NCBI GenBank assembly: GCA_016710785.1
Contig: JADJUE010000013.1
Location: forward strand, 43,007-107,006
DNA length: 64,000 nucleotides
DNA from: Candidatus Epilinea brevis
GTDB lineage: Bacteria; Chloroflexota; Anaerolineae; Epilineales; Epilineaceae
Direction of reading: 5' to 3'
Shown piece after piece: positions 57,001-64,000 of this stretch (positions within the stretch are counted from its first letter, which is position 1; each line of letters opens with the position of its first letter). Under the pieces are notes generated by a model, which was given only the letters and a program-made list of their open reading frames with translations, was not told where the DNA came from and did no database searches. Made by a program: the position numbers and the translations under genes.

Positions 57001-58204
57001 TCGCGTCCTCATGCCCGCGGTGGCGAGCGAGGGCTTGTGCCGGGATTGCGTAGTTCCGACAGCAACCACCGTGGCGCAGGCCACCGCAACCCGCCCGGTT
57101 GAAGCGACGCCTTCCGCGACGGAGTCCGTCTTCGCTACGGCAACCGTTCGCGCCACGCCTTCGCTACCAGCTTCCCCGTCGCCGACCTTGGCCCCCGCGA
57201 CGGCGACTACTGCCCCGCGACCATCCTCCACGGCCACGCCGACGGCCAGTCCGAGCAGCCCCCCGCCACCGACGCAGACCACGATTCCTACCGCCCCCGC
57301 GACGGCTACCGCTGCCCTGGCTCCCTTGGGCAGCTGGTTGCCGTACAGTGCTCCCGGCGCGCACCTGCCCAACGACACCCTCTATGCCGTTCACGGGACC
57401 GCGGCCGATAATGTGTGGATGGTAGGCGCTGGTGGCAAAGCCTGGTTCTGGGACGGCAAGGAGCTTCTGGAGGAGAACCTTGGCAGCACGGAAAACCTGC
57501 GCACGGTGCAGATGCTGTCGCGCGACCGAGGCTTTCTTGCCGGAGACAACGGCTTGGTGATGGAGATGCGCAGCGGTCGCTGGGTGACTTCAAACACCGG
57601 CGGGATTCCCGACAATTGGAGCGGACTGGCGGCCGTCGAGGACGGGGGCAATCGGCGCGGCTGGGTGGTTGGCAACCTGCGCGGCAACCGGCTCTACTAC
57701 AACGGTCAGTCCTGGATCGCTCCTAGCCCGGATGATCGCAACACGGGCCGTGACTTCACTGCCGTGGGCATGGTGGGTCTGACCAGCGGCTACGCCATTC
57801 AGGGCTCTGGTAGTGGCCGACTGTATATATGGGACGGTGGCCGCTGGAACCCGGGCCCCACCGTGGGACCCATGCGGGCCATGCACATCGCGTCCCCACA
57901 GTTGGGTGTGATGGGTGGTGACAACGGCAACGTACAGCTGTTCGATGGTTTGGGATGGACGCCGATGGCCCAGAAACCGGTGACCTTGGGCGCCACGATC
58001 AACGCCATCCGCATCGTCTCACTCGAGCGTATCTTTGCTGCCACCAGTCTCGGCGGCTTCTTCGCTTGGGACGGCAACCGCTGGACCACCTTGCGCGGCC
58101 CGGTGCAGCCCCGCCAGGTCAATGGCCTTTGGATGAGCGACGATGGCCGTGATGGCTGGGCGGTGGGCGCGGATGGGCTGGTGCTGCGCTATAAGCTGCC
58201 CTGA
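54095..58204 (+). CDS. Very large secreted protein with beta-propeller (two-component-regulator propeller / Y_Y_Y-like) repeats, a Thr/Pro/Ala-rich linker and a second C-terminal propeller-like region
   Basis: ATG 54095 gives MLRDLALAAAALVTLVGGLARG, a signal peptide. Propeller repeats include DGTVWAATDGGLSW, GGIWVG, GTLWVGT, GRMWVGT, GRIWMGQ, GRIWIGTGDG and GHIWVGT. The linker is at about 56830-57300. The C-terminal WD-like repeats end in NGLWMSDDGRDGWAVG. Confidence 0.6.
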   Translation: MLRDLALAAAALVTLVGGLARGDDSSTASSPGPLAGGSWHSFANGDRVAQVLPDGDRLWVASLGGGVLRWTPGDGGYRQYLAPQDGLPSNHVNALLRDIDGTVWAATDGGLSWLPPGADRWSALTPRLSVDLPSARVTALALDGQGGIWVGFAQRWDPERPNPRTGEAGAFSLGGLARYHPSEGLFTDITHVTRDGSPAREVYTTLPSENVTALATLPDGTLWVGTRPYHVWQDRDCGGEACPGDQGSWIQTGGGLAARKGADWGVWASTEDSAACFPAHVTGLAADLAGRMWVGTIGHGALVMRHGLQVKGCQGGQAYYLRPRQQGQPGGLRGNTVWSIAAGADGRIWMGQGDGTGGGLGIAILNHRGTFDDSSACRDCPTANVDDEWTVLDVDGRAGDTSLLVSALAVDPSGAWMGSRDDKLGDGDGLRRYTLQGESWRMLRHADSGLPSNRIADMAFQPQRGEWWVATARRGVAMFDGRSWRRWPRVGAATPMGVVTGAVRRGQGLLPVAVADRADFDAAFPSLPGLIQIGDDETIYQVKGFKPASAGLGPWMEISPGLVAQADAGSPIRRLERGPSSDAAAQIAVDPQGGVWLGGRETIWQSRGCPSDRQAQAACWMDGGLSHWDGRLWKVYNRDNSPIPDQEVGAVAAGLDGRIWIGTGDGKSEGAGLAVLDPNAGSWTVYNRARLPVGQTLGSNGTNRLAVDPQTGAIWAAHHSVVEVSQDVSGQLQRNTLGGGVSRWDGARWSAWTRNGGARLVAYAATRDKGQPTTGGELNALHVDRTGGRVWAGGWNAEASFHWLQGYGLDAALNWCPLDSCSNDSWQSLIFPDDGRVSAIAQDDKGHIWVGTNRAGAGIVPPTGGVKVFDGTDWTTYTQANSGLVDIEISAIASAGKDTWIGSLQSGISAFQAYLPPTPTATATRTRKPSEPSPTPQPTATATPTATATFTVTPSPTTYGRCQSGAGNCRVLMPAVASEGLCRDCVVPTATTVAQATATRPVEATPSATESVFATATVRATPSLPASPSPTLAPATATTAPRPSSTATPTASPSSPPPPTQTTIPTAPATATAALAPLGSWLPYSAPGAHLPNDTLYAVHGTAADNVWMVGAGGKAWFWDGKELLEENLGSTENLRTVQMLSRDRGFLAGDNGLVMEMRSGRWVTSNTGGIPDNWSGLAAVEDGGNRRGWVVGNLRGNRLYYNGQSWIAPSPDDRNTGRDFTAVGMVGLTSGYAIQGSGSGRLYIWDGGRWNPGPTVGPMRAMHIASPQLGVMGGDNGNVQLFDGLGWTPMAQKPVTLGATINAIRIVSLERIFAATSLGGFFAWDGNRWTTLRGPVQPRQVNGLWMSDDGRDGWAVGADGLVLRYKLP

Positions 58205-58365
58205 CAGCGGGCGACAGCACCTCGTGGTGCGATAAGCGATACCGACAGGGTCTTGTCTCGCCTGGACTCCGTCGATCGGTGCGGCTCAGCGCCTGGAACT
58301 GCATTGCTGAACCGGGCCGACCGAGGCAATCGTTGTTGCCTCGACGTACCACCGAACCTCCGAAC

Positions 58366-59895
58366 TCAGTCGACGTGCTGTTCCAATCGGGGGCAGTACA
58401 GGCGGTATCTCGGCGTCGGCGTGGTTCGGGTAGCCGTCTCGATCGGGGTGCGCGAACCGGTCGGGGTGCGTGTCGGGGTCGCCGGGGTCCCGCGTGTGGG
58501 CGTGGCCTCCGGCGTGCGGCGCGGGTCGACCGTCGGTGTGCGGGTGGCGCTGGGCGACCGCGTCGGAACGGGCGAGCGCGTGGCGCTGGCGGTCATCGAT
58601 GCCGTAACGGTGACGCTGGGACTGGGTGATGGAAGCAACGGTCGCCACCGGGCGTAGAACACATCCGTGAAGTCGCTGCCCGGGACCCGGGCCAGCCAAA
58701 CCGCATGGACGTCGCCAGAGGCTCGGTCATAGACGATGTCCGGCTGACTGGCTTCGCCTTCCCAGATGTTGCCCTGATGCGGAGGGAGCTCCTGACGGTA
58801 TCGAAGCCCGCGGCCTGCACCCGGCGTACCGCCATCCTCTTGGCGCCAGGCGAGTAGCAGACCCAGCTGGCGATCCATGTCGATGCTGGGATCGGCAGCC
58901 GGCCGGCCCGTCTCACTCTCGCTGAAGGCCTCCTGCCAGGGGGAGCAGCTCCGAACGATATCCTGGCGCCGGTCCGGCGGTGGCAACGGCACCACCTCCT
59001 GCCATGCCAGGCAGATCGTGCTTCGGTCTGAGGCGGCGATGTCGGGTAGGCGCGGGAGACCCTGGGCATAGTACGGCCCGAGATCCCCGTTGACCTGGGG
59101 GGTGGGCGCGGCGGCGGCCATCCATAGATGCGTGATCCAGGAATCCTGGGCGCTCTCGTCCATCCAGGCTACGTGTAGGTCTGCGCTGCCGACCTGGTCA
59201 ACGGCGGCCGCGATTCGTGGCGACTGGGCGTTGTTGATGATGCCATCGAAGGTGCTGCCCCTGGGAGCCGGGGTTCCGGACGGGAAACGTGACTGCCAGG
59301 CTGTACGCCGGCTGCCCGTGCTCGTGTCCACCCACACCAGCCACAGCCGGCCTTCGGCCTGGACGACATCCGGCTGCACGCCGCCATCGCCACCAGGGAC
59401 AGGCTTGCCCGCGAGCGGCCAGCGATGTTGGCTGGGGTCATAGGCCTTGACGTAGATCCCCATCTTGAGACTGCCATCCGGCTCGGAATAGCCGCCCACG
59501 TAGGCGACGGCCACTTCGTCCTTGTCGAAGCTGGTGATGGCCGGCTGGCGTCCCGAATACTCCAGCACCGCCGGCGCGGACCAAGCACCGGCAGGGACCT
59601 TGCGGCGGGTGATCAGGTCGCTTCCCAAGCTCGAGTCGGCGTCCTCCTGCCACACCACGTGCACCGAGCCGCCTTCGGTCACCACCAGCCGCGGACTTTC
59701 GGCACCGGCGCCGGGCGAATTGCTGAGGTTCAACGGCGCGTCGCCGAAGGCCAGCCCCAGATCCCCGGCTTCGCGCGGTGTGAGAACGTTGCGATGGGTT
59801 CCCAGCACGGCGAGGCAGCCGGCCACCAGCATCACGAAGACGCGCAGCAGCGGCCGCGCGTCCCGATTCGGCTGAGGGAGACCAGTCAGACTCAA
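58366..59895 (-). CDS. Secreted hypothetical protein with a Thr/Pro-rich C-terminal tail
   Basis: The N-terminal TM or signal is LLRVFVMLVAGCLAVLG. Repeated W-containing blades (VHVVWQED, LWLVWVDT, LHVAWMDE, ICLAWQEV, LLLAWRQED, VHAVWLAR) suggest a BNR/sialidase-like propeller; this is an inference. Confidence 0.5.
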   Translation of the reverse strand: MSLTGLPQPNRDARPLLRVFVMLVAGCLAVLGTHRNVLTPREAGDLGLAFGDAPLNLSNSPGAGAESPRLVVTEGGSVHVVWQEDADSSLGSDLITRRKVPAGAWSAPAVLEYSGRQPAITSFDKDEVAVAYVGGYSEPDGSLKMGIYVKAYDPSQHRWPLAGKPVPGGDGGVQPDVVQAEGRLWLVWVDTSTGSRRTAWQSRFPSGTPAPRGSTFDGIINNAQSPRIAAAVDQVGSADLHVAWMDESAQDSWITHLWMAAAAPTPQVNGDLGPYYAQGLPRLPDIAASDRSTICLAWQEVVPLPPPDRRQDIVRSCSPWQEAFSESETGRPAADPSIDMDRQLGLLLAWRQEDGGTPGAGRGLRYRQELPPHQGNIWEGEASQPDIVYDRASGDVHAVWLARVPGSDFTDVFYARWRPLLPSPSPSVTVTASMTASATRSPVPTRSPSATRTPTVDPRRTPEATPTRGTPATPTRTPTGSRTPIETATRTTPTPRYRLYCPRLEQHVD

Positions 59896-59983
59896 GGGTG
59901 TCGGTGCTCTCAGTGGGGGCTGACGGCCTGGATGAACCCTGGCGATGGATGGATGTTGAAAGGAACAACGAACGGCAAGGGCG

Positions 59984-62900
59984 TCAAGGCCACAGTACGC
60001 GAATGCCCAGAACCGTTCGGTCGCCTTGGGCTTCTCTCACCACGGCCTGCACCCGGTTGCCGAGCAGTGCCGGTGCTTCGCGCGTGTCGATCACCGCCAG
60101 GTTGGGCACATGCACCACCTCTTGAACCCGCTGTCCTTCGACCTCGCGCTCGATGGTCCAGTCGCCCTGCAATCCGCTGGCGGGCAGGCCGACCAAGGTG
60201 CCGTCCAAGCGCTCCGTGATGGCCGGCGCTGCCAGCAGCTGGATGTCCGTGGCCAGCACATTGTCGCCCATGCGCTCGCCGCGCACTTCTACCGAGCGAC
60301 CCAGCAATTGCGTCAGCGAGCCGAGCCTGGTCGCCAGCTCGGTTCCGGCGAAGACCGCGTAGGGCGTTACCGTCCAACCCATCACGACGTTGGGGAAAGG
60401 CGCGTTGGGACCGGTCGGCGCGCCACCCTGGATCACGCCGCGAAAGGTGATGGGCTCAGAACGAAGGACGGCCGGCGTCACGAGATCCACCCGCGAGGCC
60501 ACAAATCGGTTCTGTCGATCGATGATGCCTTCGACGAGCACTGTGGCGCCGAGCAGGAGGTCTGCCATGCGATCTACCTGGGAGAATCCGTCTACCAACA
60601 GCACCCGGTGATCGTCCACCATGAGCCATTCGGGCAAGTCCCCGGGCTGCAGTCCCGGCTCAATGGCATTGACCTCGCCAACCAGCTTGCGCTCCGGACG
60701 CCCGCTGCGCAGCGTGACCTGCGTCGCCCACCACAGGCCGGCGGCGTCGGCCTCGAGTTCAGCTTCCACCCGATCACCGATCCGCGGGACGAAGCTGGGT
60801 GGCAGCAGTACCGTGTCGGTGCTGACCTCCACCGACCAGAGCGCCCCCTGGGGGTCGCGCAGCTGCCAGCCGCCCGTGTAGAGCGTGGCCGCATCCGGCA
60901 GCTTGATCACGGTGGCATCGATGACCGCCCGACGCGGTCCAGGGAGGCTGCCATCCCTTGGATAGGCCGTGCGGCAACCCTCGGCGAAAGCCAGCGAGAC
61001 CTTGAGTGCGTCCTTGAGCAGGCCAGGGTCACGCAGCTGAGTGAAGCGTAAGCTCAAACGCACCGAGTCGGAGCGGGCCGGGACGGAGACCGGCGGCAGC
61101 TTCAGATCGGCCATTCGGACCGCCACCGGCGGGGCGAGGTTGGGCTCGAGCCCGAGATCCAACTCATCCACCCCGTTGCGCACGATGCTCGCCCCCAGTA
61201 GCCTGGTGAGCTGCCAGCCGTCCACCTTGGGCCAGTCGACCTGGATGTCACCAAGGGTCAAGGGATCCTGCCCGCGATTCTGAATCGTCAGGTCGGCCCG
61301 GCTGTCGTCGACAACCTTGATCTCGGTGCCGAGTTGGCAATCCGGCTCCTGCGCCGGGGAAGACACGCGGATCTCCGAGCAAGGGGCGTCCGTGCCGTCC
61401 ACGAAGCTCAACAGCGCTGTATAACCCAACCGGGCCGCGGGCCTTTCGAATTGCAGGCGCAGATGGGCATTGCGGTTGCGCTCCAAGGGCGGCAGATCGG
61501 TGGGTACCGTAAGCAACCGCGCGGCGTTGGGATCATGCGGGAGCGCTTCGCGCAGGATGGGATCGTCATCCAGCCATACCCCGGTCAGCGCGCCATTGTG
61601 AACCGGCCAGCGTAAAGCGATCTGCCTCAATCGTGCGCTGGCGCCGTCGTTGCTGAGGACCGAGACCATGTCAGTGGTGTCCGACGGGGTTCCGGTATCA
61701 GGCACGAGGTCCGTGCCAGAGACATGGCAACCGAGCTGCTCATCCGGGCGGACGGTGCTGAGCACCGCGCCACAGCCATCGCTGAAACGCGCCAACACGG
61801 CCAGATCACCCAGGCCCAGGCTGTTGCCGGGGTCATCGGAAGGCCGCCGCGTCGCCGCGCCATCGGCGATGCCCGGGCCTTCGGCCGCCGCAAAGACGAG
61901 CGCGAGATCCGTGAAATGGCCGGGAAGCACGGGATAGGGAGGATCCAGGATGACGGTGAAGGGAGAATCCTTCGCCTTTGCCGTTCGAAGCAGCTTGCCC
62001 CCGATCCAGACCTCCGCCAATGCGCCGGCGTTGCGCTGATCCCATTGGAAGCCCAGGCTACGCAAGGTGGTCGTCAGGCCGCCCGCGTTGCCCAGCTGCA
62101 ATGCCACGGTGCGCTGGTCGAGCTTGAGTCGCTGGAGGCTCACGGCGCAGCCGTTGTCCTGCGGCAAGTCCGACCAGTTGCTGCGACAACCTTCATCGGT
62201 GCCGATGCTGACGCGGTATCCATCGGCCGCCACGGGTCGCTGAAAGCTCAAGGTGATGACCAGGGAACCGCGCGGGGGCAGGCCTCCCGCCGGCAGCAAT
62301 CCGCGCGAGATGGCACCCAGCGGCAACAACAAGGGGGGCCGGCCAAGCTCCAAGCCCGGCGGGGGTGTGGGAAGCTGTTGCAGTGGAGCCGCGGTTTCGC
62401 CGTCGATCACCGGACCGGGACGGACAACGGCGGACCAGGCGGCCAGCAGCGGTGGCCGGTAACTGACCTGCCAGCCCCGCAGCGACCCATTTAGAGCGAC
62501 GGGCCACACCAGTTCCATCGCATTGGGCTGGAAGGCCTGCTTGCCGCGGTTCTCCAGAACGATCTCCAGCTGGTCCGGCCGATCTTTAGGCACGGTGGGC
62601 GATGGTATCGCCAGGCCGCAGCGGCCATCGGGGAAGGCGAGGCCTTCGAAGAGCGGCAGAGCGCAGCCGTCCTCGGACAGGAAGAGCACCGGTCCCAGCG
62701 CGAACAGTTCCGGGGCTGCATCGGGGTCGGGGACGAAGTAGAGCACCAGGGTCTGCGAGGTGCCTGGGGCAACAGCCATGCCTTCCGGCCCGCCGAGCGA
62801 CACCAGGGCCGGGCTGCCGAGCCCGGTGGCAACGACCTTGCCGTCCAATTCGATCGAGCGGAGACGGTAAGGCCCACGCCAGGATGCCTGGAGTACCCGC

Positions 62901-63202
62901 AAGCTCACGATCGAACGGCCGATGCCCCGCACCCGCCCATCGAAGCGGATGCCTCCGGGCTCGTCGGTGCGGACCAGAGGGTCGGCCGTCAACCGACATG
63001 GGTTTCCGGGCAGGTCCTCGGCGATCACCGCCGGCGCCGGCGAGGCAGCGTCGGCGACCAAGCCGGCGTCTACCGACAGGGGAGATGGGCGCAGGCCACT
63101 CATGGCGCCGAAGCAGCCAGCCACCAGCAGCCAAGTCGGCCACGCCAGCGACGCAGGCCGCCGAAAGGGGTGATTTCCAGATGGGGAGGATGATGACTTC
63201 AT
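59984..63202 (-). CDS. Very large secreted hypothetical protein with repeated beta-rich domains
   Basis: ATG 63202 (MKSSSSPSGNHPFRRPASLAWPTWLLVAGCFGAMSG) gives a signal peptide. About 1070 aa of repeated low-similarity modules follow. Confidence 0.55.
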   Translation of the reverse strand: MKSSSSPSGNHPFRRPASLAWPTWLLVAGCFGAMSGLRPSPLSVDAGLVADAASPAPAVIAEDLPGNPCRLTADPLVRTDEPGGIRFDGRVRGIGRSIVSLRVLQASWRGPYRLRSIELDGKVVATGLGSPALVSLGGPEGMAVAPGTSQTLVLYFVPDPDAAPELFALGPVLFLSEDGCALPLFEGLAFPDGRCGLAIPSPTVPKDRPDQLEIVLENRGKQAFQPNAMELVWPVALNGSLRGWQVSYRPPLLAAWSAVVRPGPVIDGETAAPLQQLPTPPPGLELGRPPLLLPLGAISRGLLPAGGLPPRGSLVITLSFQRPVAADGYRVSIGTDEGCRSNWSDLPQDNGCAVSLQRLKLDQRTVALQLGNAGGLTTTLRSLGFQWDQRNAGALAEVWIGGKLLRTAKAKDSPFTVILDPPYPVLPGHFTDLALVFAAAEGPGIADGAATRRPSDDPGNSLGLGDLAVLARFSDGCGAVLSTVRPDEQLGCHVSGTDLVPDTGTPSDTTDMVSVLSNDGASARLRQIALRWPVHNGALTGVWLDDDPILREALPHDPNAARLLTVPTDLPPLERNRNAHLRLQFERPAARLGYTALLSFVDGTDAPCSEIRVSSPAQEPDCQLGTEIKVVDDSRADLTIQNRGQDPLTLGDIQVDWPKVDGWQLTRLLGASIVRNGVDELDLGLEPNLAPPVAVRMADLKLPPVSVPARSDSVRLSLRFTQLRDPGLLKDALKVSLAFAEGCRTAYPRDGSLPGPRRAVIDATVIKLPDAATLYTGGWQLRDPQGALWSVEVSTDTVLLPPSFVPRIGDRVEAELEADAAGLWWATQVTLRSGRPERKLVGEVNAIEPGLQPGDLPEWLMVDDHRVLLVDGFSQVDRMADLLLGATVLVEGIIDRQNRFVASRVDLVTPAVLRSEPITFRGVIQGGAPTGPNAPFPNVVMGWTVTPYAVFAGTELATRLGSLTQLLGRSVEVRGERMGDNVLATDIQLLAAPAITERLDGTLVGLPASGLQGDWTIEREVEGQRVQEVVHVPNLAVIDTREAPALLGNRVQAVVREAQGDRTVLGIRVLWP

Positions 63203-63350
63203 GACCTGCCTGACCGTTCTTCGTCGCCGCGACGGCACCCTGGGCTATCGGCCTGGCCGATAGCTTCCAACCTTCCCCCCGGACCAATGTTAGCGGTATC
63301 GAGCTTGCTGACCAAAAGCCCCGGCCTGGGATCCGGCGGTCATTCGGGCG

Positions 63351-63953
63351 TCAACGCGACGGAGCGTCCCCGCGCCAGATGGCGCGGGCGGGATCTATCG
63401 GAAGCGGAAAGGTCTCCACGGCCGCCGTCGGCTGCTGGGTGGGGGGCACCGGGGTCATCGATGGCGATGGCTCTGCCGTTGCCGACGCGGCGGGAGTCTG
63501 CACCAGCGCCAGGATCTCGATGCGCACGGCGAGTACCATACCGTTCTTGTCCTCCTGCCCGATGACGCGCACCAGCAGCCCGGGGATCAACGACGCCACG
63601 CCGTCAAGGCCGCGGCCGCCGACGAGCGTCTGCCCGTCTGCTCTGACCTGCCGGGTACCGTCGTCCATCAGCAGGTCGAAGCGAATCCCGCCGTCCATGG
63701 CTACCAGGCCTCCCACCAGACCAGTGCCGACGAAGGCGCTGCGAGCGCTCGCCTCGACGGACTCCACCTGCAGCCCGGAACCGCAATCGCGGAAGCTCAG
63801 GCTCAGCTCGGCTCCCGGCTGCAGATCGCCGACGACGCGAGCGGACCGGCCGACCCGGAAGCTTCGTCCGTCGTCCAGGACCAGAAGATCGCCGTCGAAG
63901 GATCGCAAGGTGCCTACGGCGCTCTGCAGCGGACAGGCCTGCGACTGCAGCAC
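63351..63953 (-). CDS. Hypothetical protein, possibly the 3' part of a gene extending beyond the window edge
   Basis: The ORF is in the same orientation and style as the preceding large secreted protein. The frame may stay open to coordinate 64000. Confidence 0.3.
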   Translation of the reverse strand: MLQSQACPLQSAVGTLRSFDGDLLVLDDGRSFRVGRSARVVGDLQPGAELSLSFRDCGSGLQVESVEASARSAFVGTGLVGGLVAMDGGIRFDLLMDDGTRQVRADGQTLVGGRGLDGVASLIPGLLVRVIGQEDKNGMVLAVRIEILALVQTPAASATAEPSPSMTPVPPTQQPTAAVETFPLPIDPARAIWRGDAPSR

Positions 63954-64000
63954 AAGGATCCGTACGGCGCGCCGTGGTGCGCTGCCCCGGAGGTAGCTGA

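Overview
This is a ~70% GC bacterial chromosomal segment. Gene content and codon usage suggest a Gram-positive-like or Chloroflexi/Actinobacteria-type organism. Coding is dense on both strands. Every high-GC frame is open, so many tracked ORFs are antisense artefacts; these were discarded.

Housekeeping genes are clear: ettA, inorganic pyrophosphatase, polA (with an apparent frameshift), a xerC/D-like recombinase, rsmB (with a repetitive N-terminal extension), an ABC transporter pair, Hsp20 plus Lon, a flotillin/SPFH protein, pfkA, a ybaK-like deacylase, a nitroreductase and a Tat-exported HiPIP.

Among them sit accessory-looking loci:
- an exosortase-EpsI fusion translationally coupled to a VIT-vWA protein carrying a PEP-CTERM tail, preceded by a structured repeat region;
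- a 1143-aa adenylyl-cyclase / NACHT NTPase / FGE-sulfatase-like protein beside an APH-like kinase;
- two ECF sigma / anti-sigma pairs;
- a YcbZ-type Lon-like protease plus a lytic transglycosylase, preceded by two tandem GAAC-N4-GTTC palindromes resembling the Gram-positive (Cheo-box) LexA operator, hypothesised here to be LexA sites;
- a run of three overlapping membrane-protein genes, two of them paralogues;
- several very large secreted or cell-surface proteins (CARDB, CAP, vWA, beta-propeller, LPXTG-like, Thr/Pro-rich linkers).

No rRNA, tRNA or CRISPR array was recognised.
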